This document shows, one piece after another, positions 27,001-40,659 of a stretch of DNA of 64,000 nt. A program made the translations under genes and the position numbers. The notes under the pieces are model-generated. The model ran no database searches and was not told where the DNA came from. It was given only the letters and a program-made list of their open reading frames with translations. This stretch comes from Amoebophrya sp. A120 (Eukaryota > Protista > Dinoflagellata): NCBI GenBank assembly GCA_905178155.1, contig CAJINV010000023.1, forward strand, positions 594,806 through 658,805. Direction: 5' to 3'. Position 1 is the first letter of the stretch, and each line of letters opens with the position of its first letter.

Positions 27001-30000
27001 TCAAGCCTCAAAGTTCGCCGGGGTATCTTGAGGAAGAATCCTCCCTCACCATACTCAAAGTGGAAATTTGTGATGCTGGTTCGTCGCCACAAATCGGCTT
27101 CACCTATTCTATGCGGCAAATGGAATCCGTCTGGCGTACTCTACAGCCAATCGGTGATGCGATTTTGCCTACCGGATCAAAGACTTCTGCCATGCATACT
27201 TGCTAGAAGCCCTGTGCATACCCAAACACGTTTGGATCATTCTTCGAAGTTCAAGATCAAGCTCTCGCCGCAATACAATTTCGATTTGTGTACACAAATC
27301 CAGCAACAGGGATTGTCTTTTGAATATGGGACGGGGGTTTCGTTCACTTTGATACGGGGCTTCGAGTCTATGTAAGCAACGCGGGGCGAACACAGCTTTG
27401 CAAAGACACCGGCGCAGGCTTCTGCGAGTATCCTCAAAAAAACCGTCCCCCCCCTCGTCGTTTTGTTCTCTTTTTGATTTTGTGAAGAAAGACATTGAAT
27501 TTTCTCTTTGCTTTAATTTGGTCTTTTGCGGACATTCTTGCTGCTTGGTCACGGTGTTCGATTGGGTAGATGTTCCCACGACTTGTATTTGGGTGTATGA
27601 GTCGGCGTGCTCTAATCAGCATGGGTTGTCATCCGCATGGGTCTGACGAGTTGTCATGCTCTAATCAGAATAAGGTGGACATGATTTTCTTATGCGGCTT
27701 TGATAGTCGAGCACGGCTACATTACAGCGCGTCTAAAGTTATCGTACGGAGTTCGCGATGTGAAGCTTCTGGATTTATTCTTGTCTAACAGATTTCCCAT
27801 CTCGGCCTTGGGGTGGGGACGTTTTTATGCAGGACAGCACCGGAGACTCGATCACCACAACGGACAAGGAGAAAGAGTGCAATGCCATCACCAGCGGCAC
27901 ATTGTTATCGTAAGGAAAAATCCCCCCTCCCCATATCAAAGTGGAAATCTGTGATGCGGGACTTGTGTACACAAATCGGGTTTGTCTTGCAGTAGGGGAC
28001 TGCAGGCAGATACACGGCCGGAGCAGTGGCGTTTTGGTGTAGGCGCCTAGCAAGGCAGGCGTGTCCTCTGTAGGGGGCCACACAGCATTACAAATTGCCT
28101 GCAAAACGCGGCGGAGTCTCTGCATTTGCCTTCCAGCAATGGGGAGGCGATCTGTGGCCGCAAATCAGCATCACAACTTTTCGCCAGTATCCTTTTTTGG
28201 TATGGGGAGGGGGGATTTTTCCTCTCAACAATTGTGTGAAACGCTCGTCTACGACGCAGGGGCGGGTGTGAATCGGTTCAGATATCACGAAGACACAGCG
28301 GAGGATGCAGTAGGACAATATGGGACCGCGACGATTGACTGTCGTGCAGATGCTTCGGATATCAAAATGAAAAATCCCCCCTCCCCATATCGAAATGGAA
28401 ATCTGTGATGCAGGATTGGTGTACACAAATCGGGTTTGTCTTGCGGTAGAGGACTGCAGACAGATACAAAGCCCGGAAAGGGGTGGCCTGGGGTAGGCAC
28501 TTAGCATGGCAGACGTCTGCCCTAGTAGCGTAGCAGCGTTACAAATCGCCTGCGACACCCAGCGGAAGCCCTGGCTTTGCTCTCTTGCAAGACAGACCCG
28601 ATCTGTGACCAGTGGCCACAGATCGAGTCTGTCTTGCAAGAGAGCAAAGCAGCATCACAAATTTTGAAAAGCACGCCTTTGCCATATGGGAAGGGGGGAT
28701 TTTTCCTCACAATATGGGACCAGCAAAGCGGGCCGATACACGGGAGGTACGTAATAATCGATCTTCCGGACGCAAGCCAAACTCAAAAGCGGAAACTAAC
28801 CCTCCACGGTGTGAGAGTTTTTGGCTCGGGCACCACCACCACAACGACGACCACTGCCACGTACGACCTTTCGCACTTAGTGCTTGGATATGAAATGCAA
28901 AAATGTCTGGGTCTGGAAGAGTGTGAACTTGTCATGCAGGTTTTCCATGACCCTTGAGGTCTGGAATGCGGGACCTAGCATGACAGAGTCTGTGAGGTCT
29001 CTTTCATGCCTCTCCTGCGTGAGAAACTCCCTCCCAACTTGGTCGAAAGTGGACAGCTTTTGGCACTCATGCAACACAGGTTTTTGCATGATTCGGATTT
29101 AGCATGACAAGTTGCAATCTTCCACACCCAGACATTTTTGCAATCCATATTGGAGTTTCCGTTTCGACGAATTCCACCGCATTTCCGACCGAGCAAATAA
29201 TGGATTCCAAACTGAACACTTTCGGCGAAACAGGCGACGAGACGAGTGCTACCAGATGTCCCTGGATTCAAGCTGATCTTGGCGAGTATTCTAGGTAAAA
29301 GTGACCCAAATTTTCCATATAGTCAAGATAGGTAATTTGCTACACAAATTATCCATAAGTTTGGAGCATTGCGCATGACAAAGTCGGGCTCGTAGTGCAC
29401 TCCGGTTTGGCGAGTGCAACCGCGTCACGAATCAACTACCTTGTCCTGATTCATCGAGCATGACAAATCCGAAAAGAGCAGATGAAAAAACCGCTCTTCA
29501 TGATGTGGCTCCTGCACATAAGACCACACAACATTTTATTTTAGGCGTGCAGAGTTGCATGACAACTCTGGGGTAGTCGTGGGGACGTTTTTACACAGGA
29601 TACAGAGTCAAAGGTCGTTACAAAGGTGGTTGTCACCCTTCCCTTCGGTCCCAGCTTTCAGAGAGCGCGACGGGTTTTTTTCAACGGAACTGATTTGAAT
29701 AACGTCACAGATGTAACAGCAATGTCAGTATTGTGGGGAAAAATCCCCCCTCCCCATATTGAAAAGGCAAACTTCGAAAAATTTGCGTTGCTGATTTGTG
29801 GCCACAAATCACATCTGTCTTGCAAGAAGACAAGGGCAGATGAAGCTTCCGCCCAATTGTGGAAGCTATCTGTCATCCTGTTTGGCCTAAAGGCGGGCAG
29901 CCGTTGGCAATGCTGAACAACTAGACCCAAACGCCTCTACCTAGGCTGGGGATCTGGCCGCAATGCCTTCCTGCAATACAAAGCTGATTCGTCGTGGTCA

Positions 30001-33000
30001 CAAATCAGCAGCACAAATCTCCTTTTCGATGTGGGGAGGGAAGATGTTTCCTTACAATAATTTGGTGAAGTGGAGAGCGGAGGACTACGCGTTGTGGTGA
30101 CAAGTCGAGGCCTATTGTGGGGAAAAATCCCCCCTCCCCATATCGAAACGGTATGCTTCTGGAAATTTGTGATGCTGATTTGTGACCACAAATCCAGTCT
30201 GTCGTGCAGGAGGGAAAACGCAAGTAGGAGTCTGGAACTTTATGCAGGCGATTTGTAATGCTGTTGCGCTGACATGACAGGCCTCTGCTATGCTAAGCAC
30301 CTATACCAGAAGACCTTCCGCAGGCTTAGGCTTTGCCTGCAGTACCTCGCTGCAAGACAGACCTGATTTGTGTACACAAATCCAGCAACAGAAATTTCCG
30401 TTCCAATATGGGGAGGGGGAATTTTTCACTTTGATAAGGCCGCACCGCAGCAGAGCTGGGTGCCGCCGACGGTTGCCCCACGGTCGCGCTGGAAGTTTGC
30501 GAGACCATTTCTTACGACAACTATGGCACGCAAGGCGGCGACGGCCTTGACCGGTTCGCTGATGATGCAGAGGGAAAATTTTTTGCCGATGCAAAAGCCC
30601 TTCAGAACGCAGCTGCCGAAAATTTCCAAGAGAGGACTTTGACAGTGCTGTGTCCTGGAAAGCAGGGGCAGTACGTGATCGTGGAGCTCCCCGGGACGGA
30701 GGAAAGTCACAGGCGGGTCCTGGCGGTGAGTGACTTGCGCATTTTCGGAAATACCGTAACGCAGGCACCTGTGCCGCTTGCATTTAGCTTGGCGGACGTC
30801 GAGACGGCGTGTGCGCAGGAGGGTGCTACCAGATTTACGGGGAGGTCTTACAGCCTCGGAACCGGGCAGGGGCAAGGTCAATTTGTCATTTCTGGGAACT
30901 TGAACGAGATGGAGTGCATCGGTCTGTGCGCGCGCAACGCAACCTGTGCTGGTTTCGTCTATGACACGTCCATTGTTGACGCCGGCAACGACAACTGCGC
31001 CGTGCGATCACTATCAAATGCAGAAATGTCTGGGTCTGGAAGAATGCAACTTGTGAAGCTGCATTTGAATGTCTGAAAAATTTGTATTGCATGAGCAGCA
31101 AAAGGATTCTAGTTTTTGCTACGCGGGGTGGGCATTTGTCATGCGGAAAAGGCATCAAAAATCCCTCAAAAAACCTGTGCTGCTAGGCCATGCATCACAG
31201 ACATCATGGCGTATGCAAACGGTGCATGACAAGTCTCAGAATCTTCCAGACCCGGACACTTTTGCATTTGACAACCACTACCGCCGAACAAGTTGCAGAG
31301 CGGCGACTACGACCTTGAGACGGCGATATCAAATCTAGAAATGTCTGGGTCTGGAATCTTGTGATGCTGGGTGGCGTCTCATAATGAGGCCACAAATGCT
31401 GGCTCAGCATGACAAGTTTCTGAGCTTCTAGGTGTTGCCTATTCTGCATGACAAACTGCGTTTCTGAATCACAGAAAAACAGCGCTCCTGGGTAACGTGC
31501 ATGACAGATTTAAGAGTCATGCCAGATAAACATGCATTCTTCCAGACCCAGACACTTTTGCACTTGATAGGCGACTACCAATGACCAAGTCCTATACGTG
31601 ATGACGGAGGCCTGCCGAAACCTACGCAAAGAAAAAAGTGTTGCAGTTAGTCCACACTGTGTTGCACCACATGCAAGACAGACAACCTCTGTCATGTACG
31701 AAATGCTTTATTTCAGCTTCGTTTCATGTTCTCCCTTTTATTTTATCTCTGCAATGCAAGTTTTTTCTGTGATGCAGAGCAAGTTTGTAATGTATTGCTG
31801 ATGATCTAACAAATATGTCACTGTAACTACACTTTTTTCGTGGGATAAAGTCGTGCATTAAGTTACTTCGGGAAGGACGATCTACATAACCGAGCTGGTC
31901 TATCCTGAGTAAAAACGGGGCCCGCACCCCATAGTCAATGATTGGGAACTCTGCAACGCAAATCTAGAAGTTTTGGGAGTCACGCATCACATGCTTTGCG
32001 CTCTATTGTGCGGGCACGTTTTTAGAAAGGATAGTCGCATCAGAAAACCATCTTTCTTTATCCTGTTTACAGCGTTATACAAATTCTCAAACAGGATTGC
32101 AAATGCCTAAATGTTCCTGTAATTGCAGATGTGCATGACAACTCTGGGGCGGCGGAGACGTTTTTTATCAGGATATGGTCAGGTAGTTGTACAGGCGACA
32201 AGTGTGGTATCCAGGAAAAAAAGTGTGTAAGTGTAACTTTGTAGGATGAGTAGAATTACAAATTCGTTTTGGATCTACAGAAAAAACCTGTCATGCGCAG
32301 TTAGTATCTAATACTAGCTCAGCGAAAACACGTATGGTCTGAGCCTCTGACGCAGGCACATCCAGCATGACAAGCGTGACTGTTTTGCATCACCCCCAAC
32401 ACAAAGTTTTTTCCTTGCATATTGGGGCGGCGCATCAGCTGAGCTGCTCGACTCGAACTCCGGCACAGCCGCGGCGACTTCTAGCGGTGCCTCCTCCTCC
32501 GCTCGCTTATGCATTGCAAAGATGTCTGGGTTGTCAAGAATGCAAGGTTTGTTGCCATGCATGGCTGAGGACACGAGAGAAATATTCGACCTGTCACGCC
32601 TAGTGAGATGGAGCACTCTCTCCTTGTGCTTGTCACACAAGAATAAATGCAATTTGAATGTGTGGGTTAATTCAGAAAACACAATATCTAACAGCCGAGA
32701 GACTTGTCGTGCGTGGCTCTGGGCAGGGGGCTTCTTTTTACCAGCATCCACACATTACCAATAGCATCACAAATCTTCAGACCCAGATCGATATTTGCTA
32801 TCCATATTTATGCGCATGGTTCCAAATAGACTTAGGCGAGCCAGTGATAGTTTCCTCGCTGAAGCTGACCGTTTCTAGCACATTAGAAGACCTCCGGCGG
32901 CTTCTCTTCGACACCAATTTGGACGCAAGCGCTGCTTGGAACGCGTCGTCGACTCCAGATATTACAAAGACACGTGCCCCACACCCGGGAGTTGGAAGTG

Positions 33001-36000
33001 TTTCTGATGCATAAGGTTTTCTAATGAACAGCATTTTCTCTATGCATGGAAGCACTATGAGTCTTTCTGATGGAGAATCTACCCACGCAAGGCATCTTTT
33101 ACGTAACAGGCCCGGCTGGTGTTGAGCTCTTTTGCAACGCAAATCTTTGCTATTCAGCAATCAAAATTTGTGTTGCTAGCACATTCAAAACGGCGCATAT
33201 TTCCAATCGGAAGCTTTGCAATACAAATGCTTCCAAGTTCCGGGATGAGGGTACTTTTCGTCCTGATACCGGAGAAAGATGCTAATAAGAACTTAGGTTT
33301 GCGCATAGCACTGACCAATACCCCGCGTATATGGAAGCATCAGGATCGAAATCGACAAAGTTGAAAATGAAAAAACTTGTATATGCATAAAGTGCAGAGC
33401 ACAAAAAGCCTGTATTAGAGAGCAGACTGCAGGTGAGGCCTATTGTAAGCGTGTTTAGGGGGGGAAATAGAGCTGCGAAGGAGCACGACAAAGACAGCCT
33501 TCTTTGCCCCAAACAGAATAACAGATTAGGTATGGATGCTGCCAAAATTTGTCATGCGCCGATCAGAAACTGGGTTCCAACTGGCCGGCATTTTATGCAT
33601 CATGACTACAAATCATTTCGACATTGTCAATTTCGATCCTGACACTTCCATCGCGTAACGATCAGACAGTCAACGACGACACATACTGCCCCACGCTAGG
33701 CTCAGAATATCCACTGCAGATATATTCGGGTCTCGAAGCATGCGCATGTTTGTCATGCATCTTTTGGACCACGCAAATAGTCTGAAAGTCGAACGCGCGC
33801 AAAATAAGCATTGGAGGATTTATTGCACAGGCTTCTTCATCATGCCTGTCTCGCATGAACAGAAATTTGCTATTTGAATTTGTGTATAGCAAACAGTAGA
33901 CAGCGTTTGGCGGTCATGCAACACAGATTTTCATGTGGTCGCGATTGAGCATCTCAAATTCGGTTCTTTCCAGACCCAGGCAGATTTGCATTTGATACAT
34001 TAGTCTGCGAAACCATCAAGACCGGGGAAACTAACCCTACCGAGCGCTTAAGCGGTGGCCGCTTCCCTAAGGTCTCCCCTACCGAGGCCGCCGCAACGGT
34101 GATGTGCGGCCGCAGAATCGGACGCTACGTGATCATTGAGGGTGCTTCTGCGACCGACGACAAGCGGTATTGTGAGGAAAAATCCCCCTCCCCATAGCGA
34201 AAAGGTATGTTTCCAAAAATTTGTGCTGCTGATTTGTGGCCACAAATCAGATTTGTGTTGCAAGAAGAAAAGCGCAGCGGCTTCCGTGCCATTGTGGAAG
34301 CGATATGGCATGCTGTTGAGCCTAGACAGCACGAGCAGCCGACGTTTGCAATACTAAACAACTAGACCCATCAGACGCCACTACCTAGGCTGAGGATCTG
34401 GTGGCCGCAGTGACTTTCTGCAAACAGGGCGCACTTGTGTACGTAAATCCCGCAACAGCAACTTCGTTTTGATATAGAGAGGAGGGATTTTTCATTTTGA
34501 TGGGAGGGCTTTCAGCATCAACGACGTAAAAGTGTACGGGGAAACGACAACAACGACCACCCCGGCTCCCTGCAATTTGGAAGAGTACTGCTTGGCTGAA
34601 CGTATCCTGAGGAAAAACGACGCCCACATCCCATCGTCAGGATGTTGGAAATGAAATCAGCTAGACAAATCAACGAGCTTTGGTTGTTGCGCATGACAGA
34701 CTTGGGCTCGCAATGTAGTCCGACCTTTAGCTAGTGCAGTAGCAGCACAGATCTAGCATATGACGCTGATTTGAGCATCACAAAAAATCTAAAAATACAA
34801 TTAGAAAATGCCTTGCATGGGTCTCCGCATGATGAGAATGAACATTGAACAGCATGGGCCTGCAGAATTGCATTACAACTCTGCCGGGGTCTGGGCCCCT
34901 TGTTCACCCGGGATAGCACGAAGCCCATATAAAGTTGACTGGGCGAGCATTTATGATGGCTTCGGCACGACGTATTCCGACAGCTTCTGGTATCCCGGCT
35001 ATGTCTACGAGACGAACGCAGCAGATAGTGCGGCGATCGTATCCACGGAGAGTTTGTACAGTGCCAACATTGATAACAGCTTCGAAGCGAAGGAAAGCGC
35101 GGACTTCGCAGCTGGGTCTGCCTTCACATATATCAAAATGAAAAATCTTCCCACCTCCCCATATCTTCAAACGGAAAATTTGTGATGCAGATTTGCGATC
35201 ACAAAGCGGCTTTTTCTTGCAGAAACAAGGTGAAGGCGTACTTTGCTGGGCCTGTTTGGGTTCCTAGCGGTCGTCTAGCTCTCTAGCACGATGGACGTAG
35301 CTGCGGTAGGCTAAATGGCATTACAGATAATTGCCTGCCCAGTACTGCCTTTGGCTCTTGCTCCCCCAGTGTGCAAGACCAAGGCACTTGTGTACACAAA
35401 TCAGCACCAGCACAGATTTTCGTGGTGGTGCTTTTTCAATATGGCGTGAGGGGATTTTCCCGCACAATATCAGACGAAGCTTGGATCTACCCGACGAACG
35501 AAGACGCACACCTATCACCACGAAAAGCGTCAACGCCCCGAAAGTTGCAAAAGTTTCTCATGCAGAGTTTCCAAATGAAAACTTCTTCTTTTTGTCGTGC
35601 ATGAAAGGCCTATGAGTCTTTTCAGTGCAGAACCTAGACGACGCAAGGCATCTGTCGCATCACAGGCCCGGCAATTGTTGCTAGGTTCTTTTGCAACACA
35701 AATTTTAGCTCTTCAATGCTGATATTTGCAAGAAGGGAAATATTTTCATTGGGGAGGTTTGCCAAGTTCTGGGGTGAACGCATTTTTCATTGTAATCAAA
35801 CCGCAAAGAAATTTTCGGCGGCACAGCCAAGGGCTTTTATCTCATTCGTGCTGAAGGGACCGGGGACGAGGAGTACATATGAAATGCAAATATGTCTGGG
35901 TCTGGAAGAATGCAAGACTTGTCATGCAGATTTTACACGACCCATGATGCCTGTAATGCATCACCTAGCATCACAGATTTTTAGAGGGCTTCCTAATGCC

Positions 36001-39000
36001 CGTTCCGCATGAGAAATGCCCTCTCCATGTAGCACAAACTGGGCCCCTTTTGATGTTGCTGTTCATGCAATACAGATTTTCTTAGAATGCAGAGACAGCA
36101 TCACAAGTTGCAACCTTCCAGAGCCAGACATATTTGCAATGCATAGCACAATAAGGAGTGCAAAACTGTCTCTGAGGACTACAACTACCAGCCGGGTCCT
36201 GGGGAAGCCAGCAAACTCGATCCAGCCAATCCGTACGTGCTCCACGTCGGATATACAAGCACTTTCAGCACCCTCTGCATTCGATTCGGGCAGTGGACGC
36301 ACGTAGCGGCGACCGTCAGTAGCAATGCGGGCAACTCCCCGTATACGGTCGTGCTGTATTTAAACGGTGAGGTATCCACTCCAAATGTGTCTGGGTCTGC
36401 GAAAGAGTGCCACGTTTCTCATGCTCGGCTAGCATGACTCTCATCGATCTGTCATGAACGTTACCTAAAAGCGCCTTTTTTCTGTCATGCAGTTTGTCGT
36501 GACTCTGATTCTGTCAGGCACTCCTGTGAGGTGCTCGTGATTCTGATTTTTCTCCATCCAGCATCACAAGTTTCATCTTGTTTCAGACCCAGGTATACTT
36601 GTAGTACTTGACGGGCACGACATTGGCTTCAAACTGTGCTGTCGTGCATGTTGCGGAAGAGCGCGACTCTTTCGTCACGCAAGAACGAAATTTCTCATGC
36701 GCGCCAGATAAACATTGCTGTAGAAAATTTGTATAAGCTCCTGCTTCTCCTGCTATTCGTGTCTCTCTGCTCGAAAATTTCCGAAATTAACAGTATGACA
36801 ACTTTCCAGACCGAGGCATATGTGCATCGCATAGGGAGAGGTGCAACGAAATACCAACGTGGTCTTATCCAGTGCCGATATGTCTGGGTCTGGAAGAAAG
36901 CAAGGTTCGTCATGCATCTCGTGGACCACAAACATGCTCTGGAATGCACCCAGCAGCATCATGAATTTTGCACGAGCTCCTTAATGCCTAATCTCGGATG
37001 CGAAGTTTACCTTTTCCGTGGCGAGAACTGGGTAAATTTTGCGGTTCATGCAACATAACAGATATTTGATTTGTACGATTTACATTTAGTATGACAAGTT
37101 TGGATCCTTCCAGACGCAGCCATATTTGCACTGCATAGGACACGCCGGTAGTTATTAGTACCCAGGAGACCATGTTTCCGGCGGCTCTCGGGCAAAGCAT
37201 TGGGGGCGGTTTATCCTATGTAAAAACGTCCCCACCCCAGAGTGAAAAATGGTCAGAACAGCCCCCCGACCCGAGCCTGCGGGACCCCGAGAGCAGAAGG
37301 CCTCAGCCCCCACAATACGCGCCTCGCAGTAGTCTCGATTGATATGTGGCCACATTATTTATATTTACGTACTTCACCTACGTCATTCTCTCCTTTTTAA
37401 CTTCAACAAAGTTCGAAACTTCTCTGTGTCTTAATTTTGGTCTTTTCCAGTACATAAAACACCCCAGAGTGAAAAATGTGGACTTTGCAACGCGAATCCA
37501 GAGGGTCCGCTTTTTGCGCATGACAAGTTTGGGTGTCTAGTCGTGTAGTCGTGATTGACTAGTAGTGAAGCCGCATCACGAATGTAGTTCCTTATCCTGA
37601 CTAGAGCATGCCAAAGTCCCGGACAGCATGAGAAAATGCTGTTTATGGGACTGCGCATGAGAAAAAATCATTTGACAGGTATGCAGATTTGCATGACAAC
37701 TCTGGGGAGGTGGGGACGTTTTTCCACAGGATACGGCTTCCTCGATTCTGACGAGAGGATTTTCAACGTTCGGGCGTGGAATACCGTGCGAACCGAGGCA
37801 CAGATTCGTATTCCCCGTAAGACCGTCCCCACCCCAGCGTTGTCATGCGAGTTTGCATGCCTACAATAATTCTCATGCGTGTGGCGCTGGGTGCGGGTGT
37901 CCACTACATGATGATGATGATGATGATGATGCGTAGCCACATGAGAGCCGTTTTCTCGTGCTGTTTTGAAATTTGTCATGCCATTATGAGCGCAAGGTGA
38001 TTAATGTCGACTGCGGCTGCGCTAGTCGACCTGCACCACGCTACAGATAGAATGCGTCACTCCCAAAACTTCCGGCTTTGTGTTACAAAACCCCCAACTT
38101 GACTTTGGGAAGGTGGGGACGTTTTTATAGAGGATAGTTCGCCGCTACGCGTTAGCCGTCCGTGCGGACCAAATAGACACGACCACAGGTCTGGCTTGGT
38201 GGTTCCCACTCCAGAAGAGCTTGAACTCGACCGTCAGCGCAGAAACAACTGACACATCAGGAATTGTTTCCTCCTTTCCAAACATAACGGCCGTCGCTAG
38301 CACACTGGCGCATACAATGCTGGCAACGCAGTCTTGTGAGGCAGCAGATTCCTGCAGCGGCTTTCTTGGGTTGCCGGAAGAGCCAGCGCGACCGTCGCAG
38401 TATATCACCGCAGACGAGGCGAAGCGGAAAAGCTTTCGCTACTGTGTCTACTCTGACACTATGGATTGCAAATATGTATATATCTGGGTTTGGAAAGTTG
38501 TAATGCTAAAAGTGAATGGTAGGCGCACCGCAAACGCAATAAGCATTCAAGCATTACAGATCTCTCAAGTGCTACGTGTTGGATACTTGGCATGGTAAAC
38601 TGTGTTTCTGCATGACAGGTAAGATGAACTTTTCCTGCAGCACAACATGCGTCACAGAGTCTCGTCCTCGTGTGTGTCATGTCCTCAGATTTGCATGACA
38701 ATAAAGCTAGCAATCTTCCGGACCCAAACAACATGTTTGCATTTGATAGACACCATCCCGGACGATTGCTGCGATGCTGTCGCGCAAGTGCGTGACCAGT
38801 GCTACGAGAAGACGCAGGTTGTTGGTCTCTGCTCGCCCGTATGCATTGCAAATATCGGTCTGGGTCTGACAGGATCCAAACTTGGTCTGCTAAAGAATCT
38901 GAATTGTGATGATGAAGAAACCTGTGTTGCAAGCACCGCAGAAGTTTTTACTCATTTCTTGCCAAACAAAACCAAAAGGCAATAAAGCTCTGATGCGTAA

Positions 39001-39443
39001 AATGCACTTGGAATCGAATGCAGATAAATTTGTTATGCTTCTGGGTGCCTCCCCACCATCTCTGTGATCCACGAGAGACATGACAAACCTCACACTCTTC
39101 CAGATCCAGGCATATTTGCATTTGATGGGCCGTAGCAAACAGCAACGAATTTCCGATCTCTATCAACTGTAAAAATGTCTGGGTCTGGAACATTCCGACA
39201 CTTGTCATGCACGTTTTGCATGAGCCCTGATGTCTGTGATGCATGCCCTAGCTTCACAGATTTTTTCGGAGCTTCTTGATGCCTATTCCGCATGACAAAT
39301 GCCCTCTCCGCGTAGCAAAAATTACATTCCTTTTGGTACTCATGCAATACAGATTTTTCTGGAATCCAAATGCAGCATGACAAGTTGCATTCTTCCCGAC
39401 CCAGACATTTTTACATTTGATAATCTCGGATTGCACGCAATAG
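15009..39443 (+). CDS. Giant Cys-rich extracellular/adhesin-like protein (PAN/apple-like, repeated F5/8- or fucolectin-like modules, LamG/ConA-like domain), split by roughly 60 introners; 5' end not determined
   Basis: Exon peptides include CYRNCAYEEGCVGFTY...CKLK and ECIGLCARNATCAGFVYD (PAN-like). Repeated CPWFQLDL / CAWFQIDLG / CPWIQADLG pair with GQYVILELPG..RALAVTEIRV, GRYVIIDLP..LTLHGVRVFG and GQYVIVELPG..VLAVSDLRIFG (F5/8 or FTP-like). GQWTHVAATV..VLYLNGE is LamG-like, and there are Thr-rich linkers. Last exons give ...CSPVANSNEFPISDCTQ* (TAG 39441-39443). Not every junction was verified, so it could be more than one gene. Confidence 0.65.
18692..19366. mobile_element. Introner family G, expanded by a nested element
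   Basis: Ends TATGACAGCGCACAATCCCCCTC...GAGGGGGGGTTTGCACTGTCATA, flanked by CAAAA/CAAAA. Uninterrupted relatives at ~20963-21232 and 51065-51294 (CAGCG/CAGCG). Confidence 0.75.
18828..19276 (+). mobile_element. Non-autonomous element with 13-bp tandem repeats and a 3' hairpin (Helentron/HINE-like), copy 1
   Basis: Starts TTAATATTTACATTGCTT. Contains ~9 copies of GACAGGTGACCTY and two ~92-bp repeats. Ends in the hairpin CAAGGCCC-AGCGTGGGGAC..GTCCCCACGCT..GGGCCTTG. No TIR or long target duplication. Same ends at 51358-52198. Confidence 0.65.
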
Positions 39444-40659
39444 TCTTGGACTGTCGAGCTGGTGGGAGATGAGCAGAATACAACAACTATCCTGAGTAAA
39501 AACGTACCCACACCAGAGTCAGGATGGGGATTTTGCAACACAAACCTAGGAGTTTTGTGAGTCACGCATGACAAGTTGCACTCTGCAATGTAGTGCAGGT
39601 TAGCAAGTGCAGCCGCGTCACAGATTCATCTGCTCATCCTGTTCACAGCATCACAAATTCCAAAACACGATTGGAAATGGCTCTCATGGGGATGCGCATT
39701 ACAAGTCTTTCTGTCTTTGCAAATCTGCATTACAACTCTGGTGTGGGTACGTTTTTACTCAGGATAACAACAGTACGAGAAAAAGTGAACTGCTACGCCC
39801 AGATCAAGAGTACCAGACTCGACCGCGGCTACTCTTTTTTATCAGGTTGCTCCGCGGCTGACACGGATTATAGTGATAGGGCAGCTGCTTGTTCATCCAG
39901 GCTTATTTCAACAAGACACGGTTTTTTATTTACATATTAGAAGGCTCATCTTCAAAACAAAGTGCTTTCAATATACTGTACTACTACTAGCTTAGCGTTT
40001 CTATAAAATTTTGCTTTTGATGTCGTTATTCAACATCACAACAGTTGCAAAAATTATATCGGATCATGATCATATTCATGTTTAAAGCTTTGGATGAGGA
40101 CGTTTTTTTGCAACAAGAATTATCTGGCCGCTTTTTTCTTTTCGTATTAAAAAGTATGTACTCAGGGAGTTCCAAGAAAAAGCCCCCGTGCGGCCCTTAC
40201 GTCGTACAAGCCCTACCTATTTTGTCCCTGATGTTGTTGTGTAAGTATTTTTGCTATCAAAATGAAAAATCCTCCCTCCCCATACAGCTGCTCAAACGGA
40301 GATTTATTATGTAATCAATGACTCGTGACCACAAATCACCGATTGTCATATGCTAGAAGGGAACAAATAGAGATTCGGACTGTAGTGCTGGCTGGCGTGG
40401 AGAAGCGTGCTGGCTGGCGTGGAGAAGCCCCGCGGCTTCGGCATGACAGGAAGCACTTGGAAGCGGGAAGCAGGATGGCAATAGTATATGCCTCCCAACG
40501 GGGTCGCAACTGCATCTCCTGGCATTTTTAGGAAAAATGCGAGTCAATCTGTGTACCACGCAAATCCAGCATCACAAACTTCTCTTTCACTAAGGGGAGG
40601 GGGGATTTATTTTGCTCACAATATTTGCGCCGGCCCGTCGTTTGCGAAGCACAACTCGT

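Noticed and set aside
37907-37931. (ATG)n tract giving a poly-His ORF on the minus strand
   Set aside because: Simple microsatellite inside a degenerate family-C introner.
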